64,000 bases of DNA, from positions 9,631,352 through 9,695,351 of the forward strand of contig MU053934.1 in the NCBI GenBank assembly GCA_013239625.1, in the 5' to 3' direction. The DNA comes from Lama guanicoe (lineage: Eukaryota). Shown here piece after piece: positions 61,301 to 64,000 of this stretch. How positions within the stretch are numbered: position 1 is the stretch's first letter; each line of letters starts with the position of its first letter. Under the pieces are notes generated by a model. That model searched no databases, was not told the origin of the DNA, and was given only the letters and a program-made list of their open reading frames with translations. Position numbers and translations under genes: made by a program.

Positions 61301-63023
61301 TAAATATTTTTTAGTGCATCTTACAGCTGCATGTATTCGTGCCACGAGGAAATGGTACTTGCATGAGTCAGGCTCCCATTTACCATAGCTGGCTTAGGTT
61401 TGCAGCCAAACTACCTGTCATCTGATGTGCTCTCCCAGTAAAGCTGGTCGGTGATGACGTGAGCAGGCGCAGGACTTGAAGCTTTCAAAATTTTACAACT
61501 TTATCCTGATTTTATAAACAGTGTAGTTCATTATCCTCATTCCTACCCAAGTCTCCTGGTAAACTTGTGTGCAGCAGGGCTTCGTGGGGACCCAAAAGTC
61601 TTCTTAAGGCTTGGAAGCATCCTCGGGCAGGACCAAGGGCTCAGGCTGCACCAAAGCCCCACGGTCAGGGGCTCAGAAGGTGGTGGGTGCTTTTTAAATT
61701 GCATGGAGGCTTTGGCAATCGACCACAGTAGAATCCGTGTACTTCGTACCCCTAGGGAGTGGAAATGTCTCTGCCTGCCCGCGGCATGGCTGAGAGGTCT
61801 CCTAAGTGGCAGACAGTGGGGATGCTCTGGAGGGTGCTGAGCCCTCCACAGGCGCCCCGCTGTGGCCTGCTGAGAGTTTGATGGGGGCCCCTCTCCTGAG
61901 GCTAATCAGTGGACGTACTGCTCTCACCTACGGCTGTTCTAAGACCTTCCACCACATTGCCAGTCGTTTCCAACACCAGGGAAGGAGCCTACAGTTTTAG
62001 AACTAGGAGGAGCTCAGAAGTAAGGCCCAACTACTTTGCTTGGCAGGTGAGGAAACTGGGGCCCAGAGCGCCGAGCTGACTCCTGCAGGGAGTCAGAGGA
62101 GCAGGGTTCACCTGGGTCTGCAAACGCCAGGGAAAAACTAGAGCTAAGCTTTTGCATGAGCAGTGAAACCGCTACCTCCTGACTCCATCCACACAGCATA
62201 AGGACCAAGGAAGCTTCTAGAAACAAGGGCCATACAACTAACAACTGGTGAAATGCTGTCAGCTTGCCCAGGGACGCCACGGTGTGCATCGCTCTGTGTC
62301 TGTATGTGCCCTTCCTGCACCATTAGGCCTCTGCAGAGCGTGATTTGTTACAGGGACAGTTCCCAGTGCAGAGGCAGCCCCCCCGCCCCCTGCCCCGCCT
62401 GTGTGTGTTCTGTGCCAACCCCCCTGCGTCTCATTAAAATACATGTGCTGTATTTGTGTAGATGTAGGTTGGACATCTGGAAGAGCACGTTCTGAAATCA
62501 AATGCATTATTATGGTTTTAGGATTTTAAAAAATTAGGCACTGAAAAAAAGGGCTAGAAACAAATACACCACAGTGTCAAAAATGATACTGAGGTGAGAT
62601 TCAAGGTGAGTTTGATCCAGCTTTCGTGCCTCTTCCTAACTTTCTATATTGAATGTTGACTTCTTTTTAGTATTTAAAATTTTTTTTAATTTTCTTTTTA
62701 ATTATTTTTTTTCTATGGTTCTTTTTTAAAGGAATGAATAGGAAGCTAGAGGGTTCCGGTTGTGGTACCTGAAGTCACGGCTGACGCTGTGGGCAGGTCA
62801 CCTGTCAGGAAGAAACTTCCTTTAGATGTTTCTTTTTGGGAAATGGTGGCCTCACCAGCCCTAGAAAATGTGCCTTGAGTTACGTGTATTCAGTTTCTTC
62901 ATGTGAGATCAACCCAGTTATGTTTTCTTTGAGCTAAGGTTCAGAAAATACTCAGTGTTCTAGAAAAAAAAAAATCAATGTTTAGATACATGCCTTCATT
63001 AACACGAACTAAAAACTCCCTGA

Positions 63024-63140
<117 letters not shown>

Positions 63141-63399
63141 TGATGCTTTCCCTCAGCTGAGCAGCCCCGTTTCACGAGCCCAGTCCCTCACTGGTCCCCT
63201 GACTGCAGGACTCAGCTGGGTGGGGGAGGGCAGGCCTGGTGGCAGTGACCATGCTGGCATTTGCATGGAGAGGAGGGGGAGGGAAGATGATAGCCACTGC
63301 TGTGCTTAGAATAACAGCCGCTCCCATAAAGATGCCAGGTTCTATAGAAGGCGTCTTTTAAATGTTTTCTTTAATCGTACGTCAGTTCTGCAGGGAAGA

Positions 63400-63525
63400 C
63401 ACTGAGCCCATTTTTCAGATGAGGAAAATGAGGTTCAGAGACAGTAAGACATATACTTAAAGCCATTCAGCTGGTGGTTGGGGGCCTGGGATCAGACAAA
63501 ACTGTCTGAACCCAAAGCCTGGACC
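63400..63525 (-). mobile_element. MIR fragment
   Basis: CCCATTTTTCAGATGAGGAAAATGAGGTTCAGAGA core. Confidence 0.6.
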
Positions 63526-64000
63526 CCTCCCAGAACACGAGAGGTGGCCACTGCCACTTCTTGGGGCTCTAGTGAGGCCTTCCTGAGAGCGGCTGGGATG
63601 GGGAGACCAACCCAGTGACAGAGGCTGGCACTGCAGGCAAGCCATGTGCTTGGAGGGCAGGAGGGAGTCAGCCCAGTGCATTCTGGAACCCCAGGAAGGT
63701 TACCCCAGTGTCAGGTGAGGTTCTGGGCTGCAGAGAAGAGCTGAGGAGGGGAGGGTAGCCAGGTCCCACTGAGGGCCAGGGACACAGAATACAGGAAGAA
63801 GGAAGCCATAGGGGGAGCCAATAGCCAGGAGTGGGCTCAGGCCCTCTGAGCAGACCTCGGGCCCCAGGTCAGAAGCAGGGGCCACATGGGTGGTCCCAGC
63901 GCTATGGTTGGGTCCTCGGTCCCAGCCCTCGGCCGGGGAGTGAGTTCCAAATGCCAGCAGACACCCTTCTTCTGTCAAGGTGGGGGTTGGGAAGCCCAGG

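Overview
This is mammalian genomic DNA, most likely from a camelid, since 14 copies of a tRNA-derived SINE resemble the camelid vic-1 family. It covers the conserved block PPARA(+) / CDPF1(-) / PKDREJ(-) / TTC38(+). Genes: all six coding exons of PPARA (468 aa) with a ~7.3 kb 3'UTR; complete CDPF1 (123 aa, three coding exons plus a probable non-coding exon 1); intronless PKDREJ (~2272 aa, one N-gap); and the first three coding exons of TTC38. Other content: three CpG islands, L1/L2/MIR/MaLR fragments, three solo LTRs, fossil DNA transposons and two assembly gaps. I found no convincing wholly new biological system. The best leads are (i) loss of the early stop that defines the human truncated PPARA isoform, leaving a 122-codon alternative frame, (ii) two related solo LTRs each pointing at a gene promoter, (iii) a GC-box minisatellite in the CDPF1 promoter, and (iv) multi-level nested transposon insertions. 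Exon coordinates were checked by splice dinucleotide and phase arithmetic. Repeat boundaries and family names are by eye, and ortholog comparisons are from memory, not database searches.
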